DNA of 64,000 nucleotides from contig NC_089431.1 in NCBI RefSeq assembly GCF_026210795.1, positions 5,208,001 to 5,272,000 of the forward strand. The letters are read 5' to 3'. Position numbers and translations under genes: made by a program. Position 1 is the first letter of the stretch. The number at the start of each line of letters is the position of its first letter. Shown here one piece after another: positions 23,312-37,221 of the stretch. A model generated the notes under the pieces. That model did not search any database. It had not been told where the DNA came from and was given only the letters and a program-made list of their open reading frames with translations. The DNA comes from Rhizophagus irregularis (Eukaryota).

Positions 23312-23974
23312 AATTTGATTAGTTGATTAATGATTATTGTATTTATTAAAAAATCCCAATATAAAAAATACCTTTATTTGAGTCATATTACTCTCATATT
23401 TATATTTGTTGATTCGAAGAGTTTGCGTCATTACTGTATCCATTGAGAAAATAGTTATAGAAACACTTATTATATAATTATTTCTTTATTTTTATTTTAT
23501 CGAAAATAATTGGATAATTTCATCTCGTATGATGATATGATGACTTGTCATTATTCATTCAAGTGTCGATCTTCTTTATTTTATTTTATTTTATCGAAAA
23601 CAATTGGATAATTTCATCTCGTATGATTACTTGTCATTTTTCATTCAAGCGTCGATCCTAAAGATCTGCACGCATCACCCAGTATCACCGGGCTATACTA
23701 ATTTTCATCCCTTGAATATGATGTGTAATTATCTTACGGAAGACATGGGTCCGGATGATTTGTTACAAACAAAAAATTCCAGATGTTGATCAGGAGAATC
23801 AATGGAAAAATTAGTATAGTCGTATCCCCGCAGAAAAATTTGATGCAGATCATCTCTAAAAGTGTATACATAAAAATATTTGCAACGTGATTCTGGCTCA
23901 TTCACTGTAGAATTTCTTTAAAATAAAAGTATGCAAACTTTAATCAAACCAAATTTTACTAAATTTACTATTTA

Positions 23975-25280
23975 CCAGTTGTAGATGGTAGGTATTCTCT
24001 CATCAATACTAATACTATTAACATTATTAGTAATAATTAATAATTTATCGTGCCATCCATCAAAATTTTCATATAGTTCTTCAGCTGTTGTTGTTTTGCT
24101 AGGATCAGGATCCCAACACCTTTTCATTAATTTTAAATATTCAACCTCCAAGTCTTCATATTGTTTTGGACCTTGGCATCATCATAAATCTTGGTGACTC
24201 AACAATTCTTGGTCTCAACCTTGGCAAATATTTAAAGCAAGATTAAGATCATGAGGCACATTACTAAGAGCGGGGATTCCAGAATTCATTTCCCACATTA
24301 TAATACTAAAAGAATATATGTGAGCGGCTTTAGTGTATGGTTTGCCACGCAATACTTCTGGAGTAATCTAAGGAAGTACCCATAAACCTCATCTGATTTA
24401 ATAGGTTTATCTGCTGGTTGACTAATCCTAAATCACTTATAAAAGTCCATGTCTGATTTTGTAATAGTAAATTACCACTATGAAAATCACATGAAACAGA
24501 TTACATTTATATAATGCTGAATTAATTTTGCTATTTCTCATAAATTACTATATTTATCATATGGATTATATTTTTTTAATTGCTAAATTTGATCTTAAAT
24601 CACCAAGTTTTATATATTCTATTACGATAATATATTCCATACAATTTAATTGAATAAGATTATATTACTTTTAGATGAACGTACAAAATCTAAATAATTT
24701 TCCACTAAAAAATCAGTTAAATTACATTTATTAATAAATAAATTAGAATAAATATAAATTATTTACCTCATTTAAAAAATTATAATTAATAATTGAGAAA
24801 TTATTTTAACTTTTTAAACAAAATGCCATCCATATTTGTCATTTTCGCTAAGAGGAGATTTAATATTTAATTGTTTTGCATTCTCATAGTCTTCATTCTT
24901 AAGTTTCTTTTCCCTTGTTGTTTTTTATTATCCAATATTTTTGATAAATCCATTTAACAAAATAGCCTTCTAAATCCACCTTGAGCAAGATATTGTATAT
25001 TTCTCAAACGATTATAAGGAATCCATTCTATAACTTCTCTTCGATTTCTCGCTTTTAATTGTACGTCTTGTATAAATTCATCTATATGTTCATTTCCACT
25101 AGTCCATTTATTAAAATCTTTTGAAATTGTTTAGAATTACCAATTTGACAGAGTTTTTAGTTGATTACAATCAGAGCATAGTCCAAATTCCTGATTAATT
25201 ATTTGTTGTTCACACGTACTTAAAGCTTTTTAAATATTATCAGACACTTATTACAAAAAATGTTAAATAAATCCCATGAA
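23975..25280 (-). pseudogene. TKL kinase pseudogene with N-terminal Cys-rich region
   Basis: Fragments GLCSDCNQ, KWTSGN..IDEFIQDVQL, IEWIPYNRL..YLAQGG, FHSGNLL, ISDLGL, PEVLRGKPYTKAAHIYSFSIIMWE, CWDPDP with stops and frameshifts. Confidence 0.85.
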
Positions 25281-26729
25281 AAAATTCTTAATCAACGACA
25301 ACAGTGTATATATAATAGTTTTTGAAAATTTAATTAATATTTATATCTTGACTGATAATCAAATAATAATATGAATTTCTATATTAAGAAATTTCTCGTC
25401 ACAACTGAGTGATGACCAACATAACTTACTTTAACCTGTTTTATCTTCAAATAAAAGTAACAATAAATTATGGAAATTAATGAATTATTGCGCCAAGAAC
25501 ATTAGATCAGGTGATTTTCTTATATATGGTTCTCTCGTAAAATAGTCTACGTACATATTGCATTACCAATCTTTTATGTCACGCGTTACTATTTTAGAAG
25601 TTCATTTTTTTGGACACACTAACAATTTCTGTTTCTAATTTAAAATACTTTATTCCAGTAATTCCAGTACAGCTTTATTCATCTTTTAACTTCTTTTTCA
25701 ATGCAACAAAATACTTCCAAAAAGTAAATAATAAACATAACTTTAATTTAAGAGCTCAATATATCAATAACAATCCTCAAATTTACAATTTGAACGATAC
25801 AACAAAAGCATTTTCGTCTTTCTGGAGCTTTATGTAAATGGTAAAAATTTTGAAATCGCAAGTAGGGAAGATGAGAGTTCCTTGACTTTTGTTATTTTCG
25901 CGTCTTTTTTTTATCTGAGAACGTTATTAACGCTCTTTTTTTTATGAACTGGACTATCCCTAATTCTGAGTCTTATAGTGTAACTGAATAATTAATGTTA
26001 TTGGCATTCCCACCTGAATAGTGAATTAGGTTAGAGTTTATATTTTAGCCATTGTAATTCCTAAGATAATTATGTATGTAATTTTAATATATGAATAAAA
26101 AAAATCTATTAGTAAATTAGAATCAAATATATCCATAATTAATTATAATAAATTTTCATATTTCGTTAAAATATTCGTGATCGTTAATGATAATATCACG
26201 TGATTGGAATTGTAATTTTAGTCTGCATTATTATGGTTTCGTTCCTGCATTAAAATTTGATCGAAATTTGTTCGGGACGTGATTAATTGATATACTAGTG
26301 AGAATATTTTTATAAATTTAGTTCTTCCGTTTTACTTTATTATTGAAAGGGATAATTTTATTACGTTCTTTTAATGTAAATGGACAAAATTCATCGAACA
26401 AATCATACCAATTTTGGCTTAAATATAAAAATTTTAGTCGTGATTTTGACCTGACTTATTAATTGTAAATACATTAAATTACTATTAAACTTTCCACTCC
26501 ATACACAAAATAATTTGTAGTAAGTCAAAAATTTTATATTATCACAAAAGTTAAAATATATATTTATTTAATAAATAAGTTATGACAACAATAATAAAAA
26601 TAATGAATTATTTAAATTACAAACTAAGAATCTTGTAAAAATTTTACCTACTCTATACTTAGTGTTTAAATAATTCAAAATAAAAGAAATGTAAGTAAAC
26701 AAAATATATTCTGTCAGTTACTAAGTAAT

Positions 26730-29111
26730 TTAAAATCCTTCTAAATAAATAAATTAATTAATAAATAAAATTAGTTAAATATAAACATATTTTTCTTACA
26801 AGTATATAAAGCACATATAATAATATAAAAACACTTGCCATCTGGAATTTCTAATTCATCTTGTTCCTCTGAATGAAAATTTTTATCATCATAGATTTCA
26901 TCCTCGTCTGTAAAGAAAAAAAAAATAGAATTATATAATAATAATAATTTAATAGAATCAATTATCATTATCTATACATACCATCAATATTGATATTCTT
27001 TATTTGTTGTTGTTCTACTATTTCTTTTACATAATTAGTTTGATTATCTATAAAAAATATAAAATATGTTATATTTCAAGGCATAAAATTATAATCAAAA
27101 TAGAATGATTTATTTACCGTCATTTGAATTTATTTGTAATTCATTAAATGATTTGGATAATTCTTCATTATCATCTAAAATTATTCAAAGACACATTAAT
27201 AATTATAATTAATTGTCACAACTAAAAATACTAAATGGTTATAAGCTCATAAAAAAAAATAAAAGTTAAATAATTAATAATTAATTACCTTTTAAAATAC
27301 TACTTGCTTTGGATATGCTATCATAACTTTGATTACTTGAACTATTAAAATCATTAACTAAAAATAAAAGGATGGATTAATAAATATATTATATTTATTA
27401 ATTATTAGTATATTATAAATACTCACTATTATCAGGAATATTAAAGTGGTCATATGAGTTATTACTATGAAATGCTATTAAAAATAATAAATCATTAAAA
27501 GTTATATAGTAAATATATCAATTTATATAAAACAAACGTTATAATAATTTTACTTTTTTGCTCTTCTATAATTATTTAAATTAAAAATCAATATCAATAT
27601 ATTATTAAAGAAAACTATTAACTGTCAAATTAATATAATAAATATTAAAATTATACCTTCTGTTGCATTTTTTGGTTCAGGTAAATTTTTAAATTGATAA
27701 ATTTTGCTTGTAAATAACTTGTTACTTTTACAATTTGTTGTTGATTCATTTATTTTATTCATCTCTAAGTTATTTGTTTCTTGTTGAGATATTTCATTTG
27801 ATATATTTTGAAAAGATTGCAGAAGTTCACGAATTTCTTTAAAAAGTGTATTAACATCAAGTCTTTTTGATGGATCAGCATCCCAACATTGTTCCATTAA
27901 ATTTTTGTATTTTAAAGGAGTTCCTGCTATCACTTTTGGTCTCATTCCATTAATTATTTTTAATGCAAGATTATAATCATTTTCGTAATTACTAAAAGGT
28001 GGTTGTCCAGATGAAATTTCCCACATAAGCATTGCAATACTATAAATATCAGATTTTTTTGTAGTTTTCTTTCCAGAAATAACTTCTGGTGCTAAATAAG
28101 GAAGATTACCATATACACTTTCTTGTGCTTTATCAGGAGGGCCACAAAATCCAAGATCACCAATATAACAATCTTGAAATAGTTGTGAAAACAATATATT
28201 TCCAGAATGTAAATCTCTATGAATTGCATTTTCACCATGAATAGCACCTAGTGCAATGATTATATCATAAGCAATTTTTATTTTTTTTTTCCATGAAAGT
28301 TGGTTTTGAGTTCGTTGTAAATATTTTCTTAAATCTATATCCATAATATTCATTACAAGCATATAACTTCCATTTGATGGGTTTTGTGTTAAACCATAAC
28401 ATGAAATGATTTGTGGCCATTTATAACTTATTTTTAAATGTGATTCAGCCTATATAAAAAAAATCTATTATTTACTAGAATTTGAAAGTAATAGTCAAAT
28501 AACATTAAATTACAAACCTCTTCAAACCATCTTCGATTAGCATTTTCAACATTTTCTAATCCTTTAAGTATTACTTTTTTTCCTCCTAATTTTATTAATT
28601 TTTGATTTTTAGAATCCCAGTCTTCATATTTTCCATCAATCCAAACTGCTGTATAAATTTCAGAAAATCCACCTTTTGTTAAATATTCAATATTTTGAAA
28701 ATTATTATATGGGATCCATTCAATTATAGTATCCGGTCTAAGTGTTTCAATTTGACATTTTTGTATTAAATTATCAATATCATTATTTCCAGATGTCCAA
28801 TTTGAAAAGTTTGCTTTTAAATAATTTTGAACACAATATTCACAATATAATGTAGCTAAACATTCTTGGTTACAATTTTCACAAACCCTTCTTGTTCCTG
28901 AATTATGTTTAATTTTATAATTGTCATATACCTTACATATTTCTCTTATTGCAAAAGTTTTTTCATTATTTGTAAGAGATTTATCAGCAAGTATAGTTTG
29001 TTTTTGAAATTCATGTAGTTTGTGTATATCATCACAAATATTATAATCTGCTGATAAATTTGCTCTATTCATTGCAGCATAAACTAATTCATATCGGATA
29101 TCTGCTGACAT
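26730..29111 (-). CDS. TKL kinase K3 with N-terminal CxxC-CxxxxxCxxC region and multi-microexon acidic tail
   Basis: CENCNQECLATLYCEYC, WTSGN, TKGGFS, HRDLHSGNIL, DLG, YLAPE; 3' short exons incl. 27554-27565, GC-AG last intron, ends PDEGF*. Confidence 0.85.
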
Positions 29112-29826
29112 AATGTAATTTTCTTATAAAATGTTAAACTTGCGAAAAAAAAAAAAATTGAAGTTTTTTGTCCGTTTTATGTATTACCAAATGTTTGTAT
29201 GACTATCATGTGACTATAAGTAACAAATGAACAAACGAATTTAGCAATTATCTGCTTTTCGGTTAAATAATTTACCGCTAATCATAATTTTTCTAAATTT
29301 AATAAATTTTTAACGTTAAAATTTTTTTAAATTTTGAATTTTTAATTACAAGATTTAATTTTCTAATTCTAAATTTTTTTAGATAGGACAAAAAATTAAT
29401 TTCTTATAAAATTAGATCACGTGATATATTATGATCGACAACTAGTCACTCACAGAAAGGAATTCTTCTCATAAAAATTTATCATTATCTATATAATTCG
29501 TTGAATAAAATTTTTTTTTTAGAGATGGGTCATAACAATAAAAATAGAAAGAAACACGCTATAGACGAGTTTTTTTAAATAAAGTCACTGATAGTATAGG
29601 TCGACTACTGGAGGCGTTCTTAAAAAACAAGAACTTATAAATTACACACATGAACAAAATCTTCTTGTGCTTATTTGAGGGAAAGTTTCTTGCAAATATG
29701 TGATCAATATATCTAGCTTGCTTAACACCGACCAATTGTAGTCCAAGTAGTTCTTCTTTTCTGCTGTTGGCAAACAGCTAATATACAGCTAAAGGATTCT
29801 TTCAAGAAATGTTAAGGAGACCGCAA

Positions 29827-30353
29827 CCCTATAAAAAGTATTTATATTTAAAATATAATTAAAAACTTTTTAAAATATATTTAAATTATACTTAAAATAT
29901 ATTTAATTTAAAAATTGCGAAATACTTATAATATACTTAAAATGTATTTAAAATTATCTTAAAATATATTTCTAATATATTTAATTTTTGCCAAAATACT
30001 TAAAATATACTTAAATTATACTTAAATCAAAATTTAAGTATATTATAGATATATTTTTTACATACTTAAAATATACTTATAATATATTTTATAATATATT
30101 TTAAGTATATTTTAAATACATAAAAAATATACTTATAATAGTCTTATAATATACTTAAATTTTAATTTAAATATAATTTAAATATATTTTAAGTATATGG
30201 GCAAAAATTAAATATATTAAACATATGTTTTAAGATAATTTTAAGTATATTTTAGATATATTAAAAATATATTTTAAGTATTTTGCAATTTTTAAATTAA
30301 GTATATTTTAAATATATTTTAAATATATTTTAAGTATAATACTTTTTATAGGG
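29827..30353. mobile_element. AT-rich foldback non-autonomous DNA transposon (CMC/CACTA-like)
   Basis: TIR CCCTATAAAAAGTAT/ATACTTTTTATAGGG, 3-bp TSD CAA, internal inverted arrays of ATATACTTAAAA. Confidence 0.85.
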
Positions 30354-30844
30354 CAACTGTGTTCATCGCGTGATAACTGCTTTTTTGGTTAGTAACATAG
30401 CATTAATTAATTAGGACAAATATATTCTGAGCGTTAAAATGGATATCATTATCAGTTATATATAATTAAATAGGTGCAAAATTATCATGTATAACTAGCA
30501 CATAAACTTTTTTCCGCCACACCTCGTGCAGCTGGATGCGAGCGAGTATGGTCAAGTCTTGGTTGGATATATGGCAAAAGAAGGACCCGTTTAGGCTTAA
30601 ATAAAGTTGAAAATATATATAAACTTTCAGCCTATTACTATGCAAATGCGAAAAAAGAATTGCGTTATTATGGTATAGAAAAATTATGAATGAAAATGAT
30701 GATATTAAATGGGATCAGCTGCCGAAACTGATGAAACAATTAATACTATGTAATATTCTAAATTGTAAAGTTGCAATTTATAAATAAATTTTGTTATTTT
30801 GTTTGTTAAACCAGTCATGTATTACAGAAAAATTAATAAAACAT

Positions 30845-31020
30845 GTTTCGCCAAGTTAAGGAAGTTACAGAAGTTTGGGCAAGTTTCGCCAGGTTTCGGA
30901 AATTCCGCCAGGTTTTGAAAGTTTCGCTAGTTTCGGAATTTTGCACTGGTGGCGAAACTAGTTTCGACAAGTTTCAGAAGTTTCGCCAAAAATTTAGTTT
31001 CGGTTTCGCCCGAAACACTA
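30845..31020. mobile_element. Degenerate hAT-like MITE
   Basis: Dense GTTTCG/CGAAAC subterminal repeats; right end CGAAACACTA, left end eroded (TGTTTCG); no clear TSD. Confidence 0.5.
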
Positions 31021-31339
31021 ATAATAATGCTTAAGATAGATGTTTTCTGAAGATGAAGCAGAACTTTAAATTGATTTATATCATACTCGAAAAAATTTTA
31101 TTGTTAAACAGTAGTTAAGAGAAATAGAAATTTAAAATTATAATAAGTAAGTTAGATATTAAAAATATATTATTTTATTAGATAGAAGTTACAAAAATCA
31201 GAAACTGAGATATTATTTTAAATCTTTACTAATTGCTCTCATAATTCATAAATCATAATACATAAGTATATAATTAATGTTTCTAAATTCCATACTATGG
31301 TTAACAAACAGTAGTCTTTTATTAATGTAGTTGAATAAT

Positions 31340-32803
31340 CTACATGTTTATATTTTTAATTACTCCTTCAATTTTATATTTATCGAACAATTTCATATAT
31401 GAATTATTTTTTCGATAAAAACTAATATCCCCTAAATTTATGGAAACTGCAGGTCGTCCTTTCCATTTTTCAAAGAATGTCTCTAAAGTTTTTAAAGAAA
31501 GCTTAATGTCATAAGGAATTCCAATTTCTCTTAGATTTGTTGATGCTTCCCTAATTAACGTATTTAACAAGTAATCTCCATATATAAACTCACTCTCTTC
31601 ATCACAATATGTGTCTTTAACATTTAATGATCGCAATTTTTGACATTTTTTAAGTAATTTTTCAAATTCAATAAATTGATTTTCAAAAAACATAGGGATT
31701 GATAAATATTCAATTAAAAAACAATTTTCACAAATTGTACGAAAAAAATTAAGAGTGACATCATCATAATTATCATAATCCCAGTCAAAATCATCGATCC
31801 TTAATTCTCTAAGACATAAACTAGTATATTTAACCATGCAAGTAACTTGATAAATATCTGCATAATCTATCTTCAGGATCTCAAGGTCACGATAAGCCAC
31901 CATTTCCAATTTTTCATTAAAATCATTATTATTTAAAAATAGATGAGAATTAATTTCTAATATTTTTAAATTATGAAGTTCTAGGAGTGTATATTGTAAA
32001 AATGAATAATCATAAACAATGAGGTCATCATGATCATACTGAATGCTTACTTCAAAATGATTAAGAGTATTTGCATGTTTTTTTAACAAGTTAAAAATTT
32101 CTGTGTAAGGATCTCCTAATTGTTCCCAATCAAAATCATCATCATCTTCTACAAATTCATCTATCCATTTAAAATATTTTAAATTATTTTGAAATTCAAT
32201 TAACTTAGCAGTTCCATGATTAGCATTTAAGTTTTTATTAATAATAATAATTCTTTGTATTTGTTGACAAATATGTGCTAGTCTGTAAAAGTAACTAGAA
32301 CCAATCAACGTGTCAAATGTTAATTCACAAAGTGACTCAAGACGGACCTTTGCTTCCGGAAGGTATACAATCTCATATGTATCACATATATTTAAATACT
32401 TTATTTCTGGACATTTTTTTATCAATAAACTGTAAATTTCCTCTTGTAAAAGAAATTGATTATATTCTGATGATGATCCAATAGAAATTATAGCATCTAT
32501 AGTTCTTATATTTATACTCTTACAGAAAGTCAAATAATCAAATACAAGTGATTGACCAGTAATTTTAACTCCTTTCTTTGTTAAGGATTCTTTAATATCA
32601 TTGGATAAATAAGAAGTAATAATGGAGTATAAAGAATTTTTTTTATAATAATTAATGGCATAGCGCCAGGGGTTCCTCCATAAAATTGGAACCACTGTTT
32701 CACACCAAATTCTATTAACCATTAGGCATGAAAAGAGGAATTTTGAATTATCTTGTAATTCCTCAAATATCAAGAAAAGAATGTCTTTATTAAGTTTGGA
32801 CAT
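31340..32803 (-). CDS. F-box domain protein with degenerate LRR-like region (intronless, 487 aa)
   Basis: MSKLNKDILFLIFEEL..LFSCLMVNRIWCETVVPILWRNPW N-terminus typical of Glomeromycota F-box proteins; LxxLxI repeats. Confidence 0.85.
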   Translation of the reverse strand: MSKLNKDILFLIFEELQDNSKFLFSCLMVNRIWCETVVPILWRNPWRYAINYYKKNSLYSIITSYLSNDIKESLTKKGVKITGQSLVFDYLTFCKSINIRTIDAIISIGSSSEYNQFLLQEEIYSLLIKKCPEIKYLNICDTYEIVYLPEAKVRLESLCELTFDTLIGSSYFYRLAHICQQIQRIIIINKNLNANHGTAKLIEFQNNLKYFKWIDEFVEDDDDFDWEQLGDPYTEIFNLLKKHANTLNHFEVSIQYDHDDLIVYDYSFLQYTLLELHNLKILEINSHLFLNNNDFNEKLEMVAYRDLEILKIDYADIYQVTCMVKYTSLCLRELRIDDFDWDYDNYDDVTLNFFRTICENCFLIEYLSIPMFFENQFIEFEKLLKKCQKLRSLNVKDTYCDEESEFIYGDYLLNTLIREASTNLREIGIPYDIKLSLKTLETFFEKWKGRPAVSINLGDISFYRKNNSYMKLFDKYKIEGVIKNINM

Positions 32804-33948
32804 TTTTTTTCGAAAAAGAAAAAAATAAAAAATATTAATTAGGATAAAATAAATAGTACATAATATATAAAACTCCGATGTACGACACTTGTACGACCAT
32901 AATGCTGATCGATAATGTTTCACCGGAATATACATGGTAAATATAAGTTCATTGGTGCAAATCTAAAATTGGTAGTTTAAATAGTGCATGTAGATCACAA
33001 AATTAATTGATGAAAAATAATTCGGCTGATATCTATTTTTTTCATTAAATGTTAAAAGGTTCAAAAGTAATGTAAAAGCAAATGAAATCTGTAAGAATTA
33101 AAGCGATTTTTTATTTCAGAATCGAATCAAAATTTATAATTGTTCCCATTTTAGATTTACCAAATTGAAGTCTTTTCCAAACAAATTTTATTTTTATCAT
33201 CAATATTTGGTATAGTAATTAATGGCTTGAATTCAAGTTTTGATAAATTTTCAGTAATTGACAATCTTTTAAAATTTTGGAATGTTCGTTCTATGATGGA
33301 AATGAAAATAATTGTTGAACTAATTGACAATTAAGAATGCATGAGCACATTATTGCTTAATATTTGTAAAATTATGCTTTAATAGTATTTCCTTGAATGA
33401 TAGATATCTAAATCATGTGAGTGTATATTAGCAAATTAGTACAATTTTCTTTTCAGAGTTTTAACTAAACTTTAAAATAAAGCGCCCGGCCTGCATTATT
33501 TTTGACCAAATTATAATATTTTTTGCAACATTATATTCAAAAAACGGGTGCTTAATAATACCAAAACAAATCATGCCTAAAAAAGTAACGACCGAAGAGT
33601 AAATCGCTCATATATTGTCATCAACCAAATTCGCTATATTAACATGCTAAAAATGGTATTAAAACAACGAGAGGAGTACTGTATATTAAATAAAACAACG
33701 TGATCTGATGATTGATAATGACTCGTAAACGATATTTGTTATATTTTCTAAATATGGCAACGAGAAATGGAAGTAATAAAATAGTGTAAATGGGTATAAA
33801 AAAAATGTATGATGAGGAAAGATTATAGGATATATCATACTAATTAAACTATGTATATTAAAAGAGTGTTGAGTTTTGCGAGTAAGTCTACCTTGTACTA
33901 TAAAGAATCAGTTTAAAAGCAAAATTAAGGAATACTTAAATTCACATT

Positions 33949-34139
33949 AGCCCTGTTCATTTAGATGATTTCTGTTTACGTGACATTTAAGAAAAAATAT
34001 ATATCAATATAAGGAGTTCGAACTAAATTTCAATCTAAAGCAGTTCAATTTGCGATCGAAAATAAAAAAATTTTATTGGATAATTTTTGTACAACAAAAT
34101 CCGACCGAAAAATGCAACCGACCGGAAATGAACAGGGCT
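33949..34139. mobile_element. MITE (PIF/Harbinger-like), same TIR family as 17337-17584
   Basis: TIR AGCCCTGTTCATTT/AAATGAACAGGGCT, 3-bp TSD ATT. Confidence 0.85.
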
Positions 34140-34830
34140 ATTGTATTTCACTCTCTATTTACAACGAATTTTTATACCGTGAATAACTTGGTATACCAAA
34201 ATAAAGGTCAGATACAGAATCTTTCATGATATAACGTAAATATTAACTAAAGTTTTTTTACCATATCGAGTTAATTTAGTGTTGCTCAAAACCAAGTTCC
34301 TTAGTAATATATCTTGTATCTATAATAAATTAAATATTAAGTTAGAATACCGTATAATAAAGAAATGTAATTAAATAGTAAAAGTAAAGATAATAAATGA
34401 TTAAAAGAGCTTATCTGTTATTACCATTATCAGATGATTTCTTCCTTTTAGTACTTTGACCTAAATATTTAATGAGACGTGAAGTTTTAATACGCTAAAC
34501 ACGAATAGAATGAAGTTAAACACTACCATCGATTAGATTACTTAGATTATTTTCAAGCTTTCTTTTACCTTAAAAAGATAAAAAATCATAAATGACATGA
34601 AGACGCAAAATTATAATAAATATAATTAGTATCAATAATCAAATAATTACCAGTCAATATCTCATCATTTTTCTGATAATAATATAATGAATCTAAACGA
34701 TTAATTAGAAGTAAGTGAAGTGTATACTATGAAGAATAATTGGTAAATTATGTAATAAAATTATTTACTAGATTTAATAGATTCAGAACTAATGGATTGA
34801 CTTCTTGAACTTCTTAAGGATATTGCAGAA

Positions 34831-36159
34831 TTAATCATGGCCACTTAAAGATCTACTCTTATAAGTGGCACTTGGATTATTTATTATTACAGGCCCAATG
34901 TCTGGTGATTTTATAATTTTGGTTGGATTTTTATTCCTATTATTCCATTCCTTCATATACATTTTGTCAATTTTATTACATATACTAGTAGCATTCGGTC
35001 TTCTTTTTGGATCAGGATTCCAACATTCTTTCATTAATCCAGTATAGCCTTCAGGCGCATTAGTTACAATTGGTGGGCGTAAACCATCACAGATTTCAAT
35101 AATAAGATATATATCATGATTTTGATCCCAAAAAGGTCTTCTACCTGTCATTAACTCCCACATAATCATTCCGAAACTATATACATCTGAAGCTTTAGTG
35201 TATTTTTGTCTATCAAAAATCTCTGGTGCTATATAAGGAATATTTCCATAAATCTCGTTACCATCATCTGATGATTCAACTGCAGCTTTGCTTATACCAA
35301 GGTCACTTATTACTGCATCTACTTCATTAAATAAGATATTTCCACTATGAAGATCTCTATGCATAATGTTTACGCTATGCATATTAGCAAGCCCAATTAT
35401 TATTTTTCTCAAGTTTTTCAACTTTTCATACCAACTAGCGTTATAAAAATTATTAGTTATGTAGTATATCAAATCACCCGAATCGTAATAAGGCATTATA
35501 ATAGTGGTATCTTGAGTGATAGGATCTTGGGTAATTCCAAAATATTTGCTGATGTGACTATTATATCCTATCCAGGCCTTCCATTTTGAAGAAAAATTAT
35601 AAAATATTTTGAGCTAAAACAAAAAGAGAGTGTGGTTAATATATCATTTATCTTGTATTAAACAAATTATCATCTGTACCTCATTAAGTTCTTTAGACGT
35701 GATGCTTTTAGAATTATTTAGTTTTTTGAGGACAACTGTATAATTATTTAAACGAATTTCCTTTTTACTATTATAATTTCTATAACTCTTTATTGGGCCG
35801 TCAATCCAAGTAGCTTTATAAATTTTACTAAATCCTCCTTCAGCAATAAATTCTACATTCTTGAATTGTTCATAAGGAACAAATTCCAATTTTCCTTCCA
35901 TTTTAACAAAACTAATTTGTGTTTCTCTAATAAAATCGTCAATAACTTTGTTTCCACTTGGTTTAACCATTTTTTTCACTTTGTAACAAACATGGCATAT
36001 CTGGTGATTTTCTTCTAAAGTTTTCCTTCTTTTATTACATTCTTTACATTTCTTTTTTTTATATTTCGATTTAATATTGTTTTGTTTTGTTCGACTTAAA
36101 GATAAACTGTTTGATATTAATGAACTGTTTTTATTTTTATGATATGTTAGCTGATCCAT
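34831..36159 (-). CDS. TKL kinase K4 (exons 36159-35680, 35613-34831); C-terminal tail cut by a frameshift
   Basis: CKEC..CHVC, AEGGFS, VVLK, HRDLHSGNIL, DLG, YIAPE; further tail exons lie out of frame down to ~34270. Confidence 0.82.
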
Positions 36160-37221
36160 GATTGATTAAATTTTTTTATAAATTTTTGATTGATTAAAAT
36201 TTTTATAAAAAAATAAAAATTTTTCACGTTTAAATTCAAGGAAATTATTCAAATTTATATCTTCTCCTACAATAAAACTGGTCACTAAAGATCAAATTCT
36301 ATAGAAATTCTATGCATAATTTCCGATAGAAGATTCTATAGAAATCTTGGAAAGATTTTCCGAATAATGATGATCATCGGTACTACGAGATCAAATAAAA
36401 ATGTATGGTGTAACATCTAGTGTTTTGAATCAAAGTGGCAGTATTACCAGACTTTCATTTGTGATGTACTGGAGATCTTAAAAATTTTTTCAAATTCTGA
36501 ACTTTTGAAATTTCAAAAAAATCTACGTAGTACATCATACAAATTTTAAAAGTTTTTGCAATTGTTAAAATTTCTTTTAGATAGCACTTGTTTATATGTT
36601 TATGGATAGAGTAATATCTTTTTACATCCATGCAGTAGAATCAGTAATGTTTGATTAATGTTATAAAAAAAAATCATATTTTTATTAGAAATCGAACTTG
36701 ATAACTTCTATTCATTGATTAAATAGAAGTCCTTCCTATATTACTTTATATATCTAATACATACAAGTGATACATCTCAACTTCATTACAACAAATTTGA
36801 TGTAAATCTTATAAAATCGAATATATAAAAAGTTTATTATTTACGTTTATTTTTACTATAATTTTCTGTTTCAATAATTTTATTCTCATTATTACGTTTA
36901 ATATATTCGTATTTTCTTTTTATGTGATAATGAATAAATTAAATGTATTCTTCCAAAATTTAAGTTTTTACTTATTTTACAGTGCAAGGATAAATCAATA
37001 ATGATTTTTCCTAAACTAAACAAAAATACCAACATTTTCCACACGCTAGTAAAACTAAGTTCTTTAAAAATGTGCACACAAAGCATTACTAGTGTTTATA
37101 GCTTGCACCAAATTATGTCATTAGATCATAACCAAAAAAAAATACCCTTTAATATCTTTTTACTGCACCTACAGCAAGACGGAGTTGTAGAAAAAATCGC
37201 TTTTGTATAGTACCTAAGAAT

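Noticed and set aside
23480..23660. ~90-bp local tandem duplication upstream of K2 (and a 25-bp one at 581-631)
   Set aside because: Real, but ordinary slippage duplications with no sign of function
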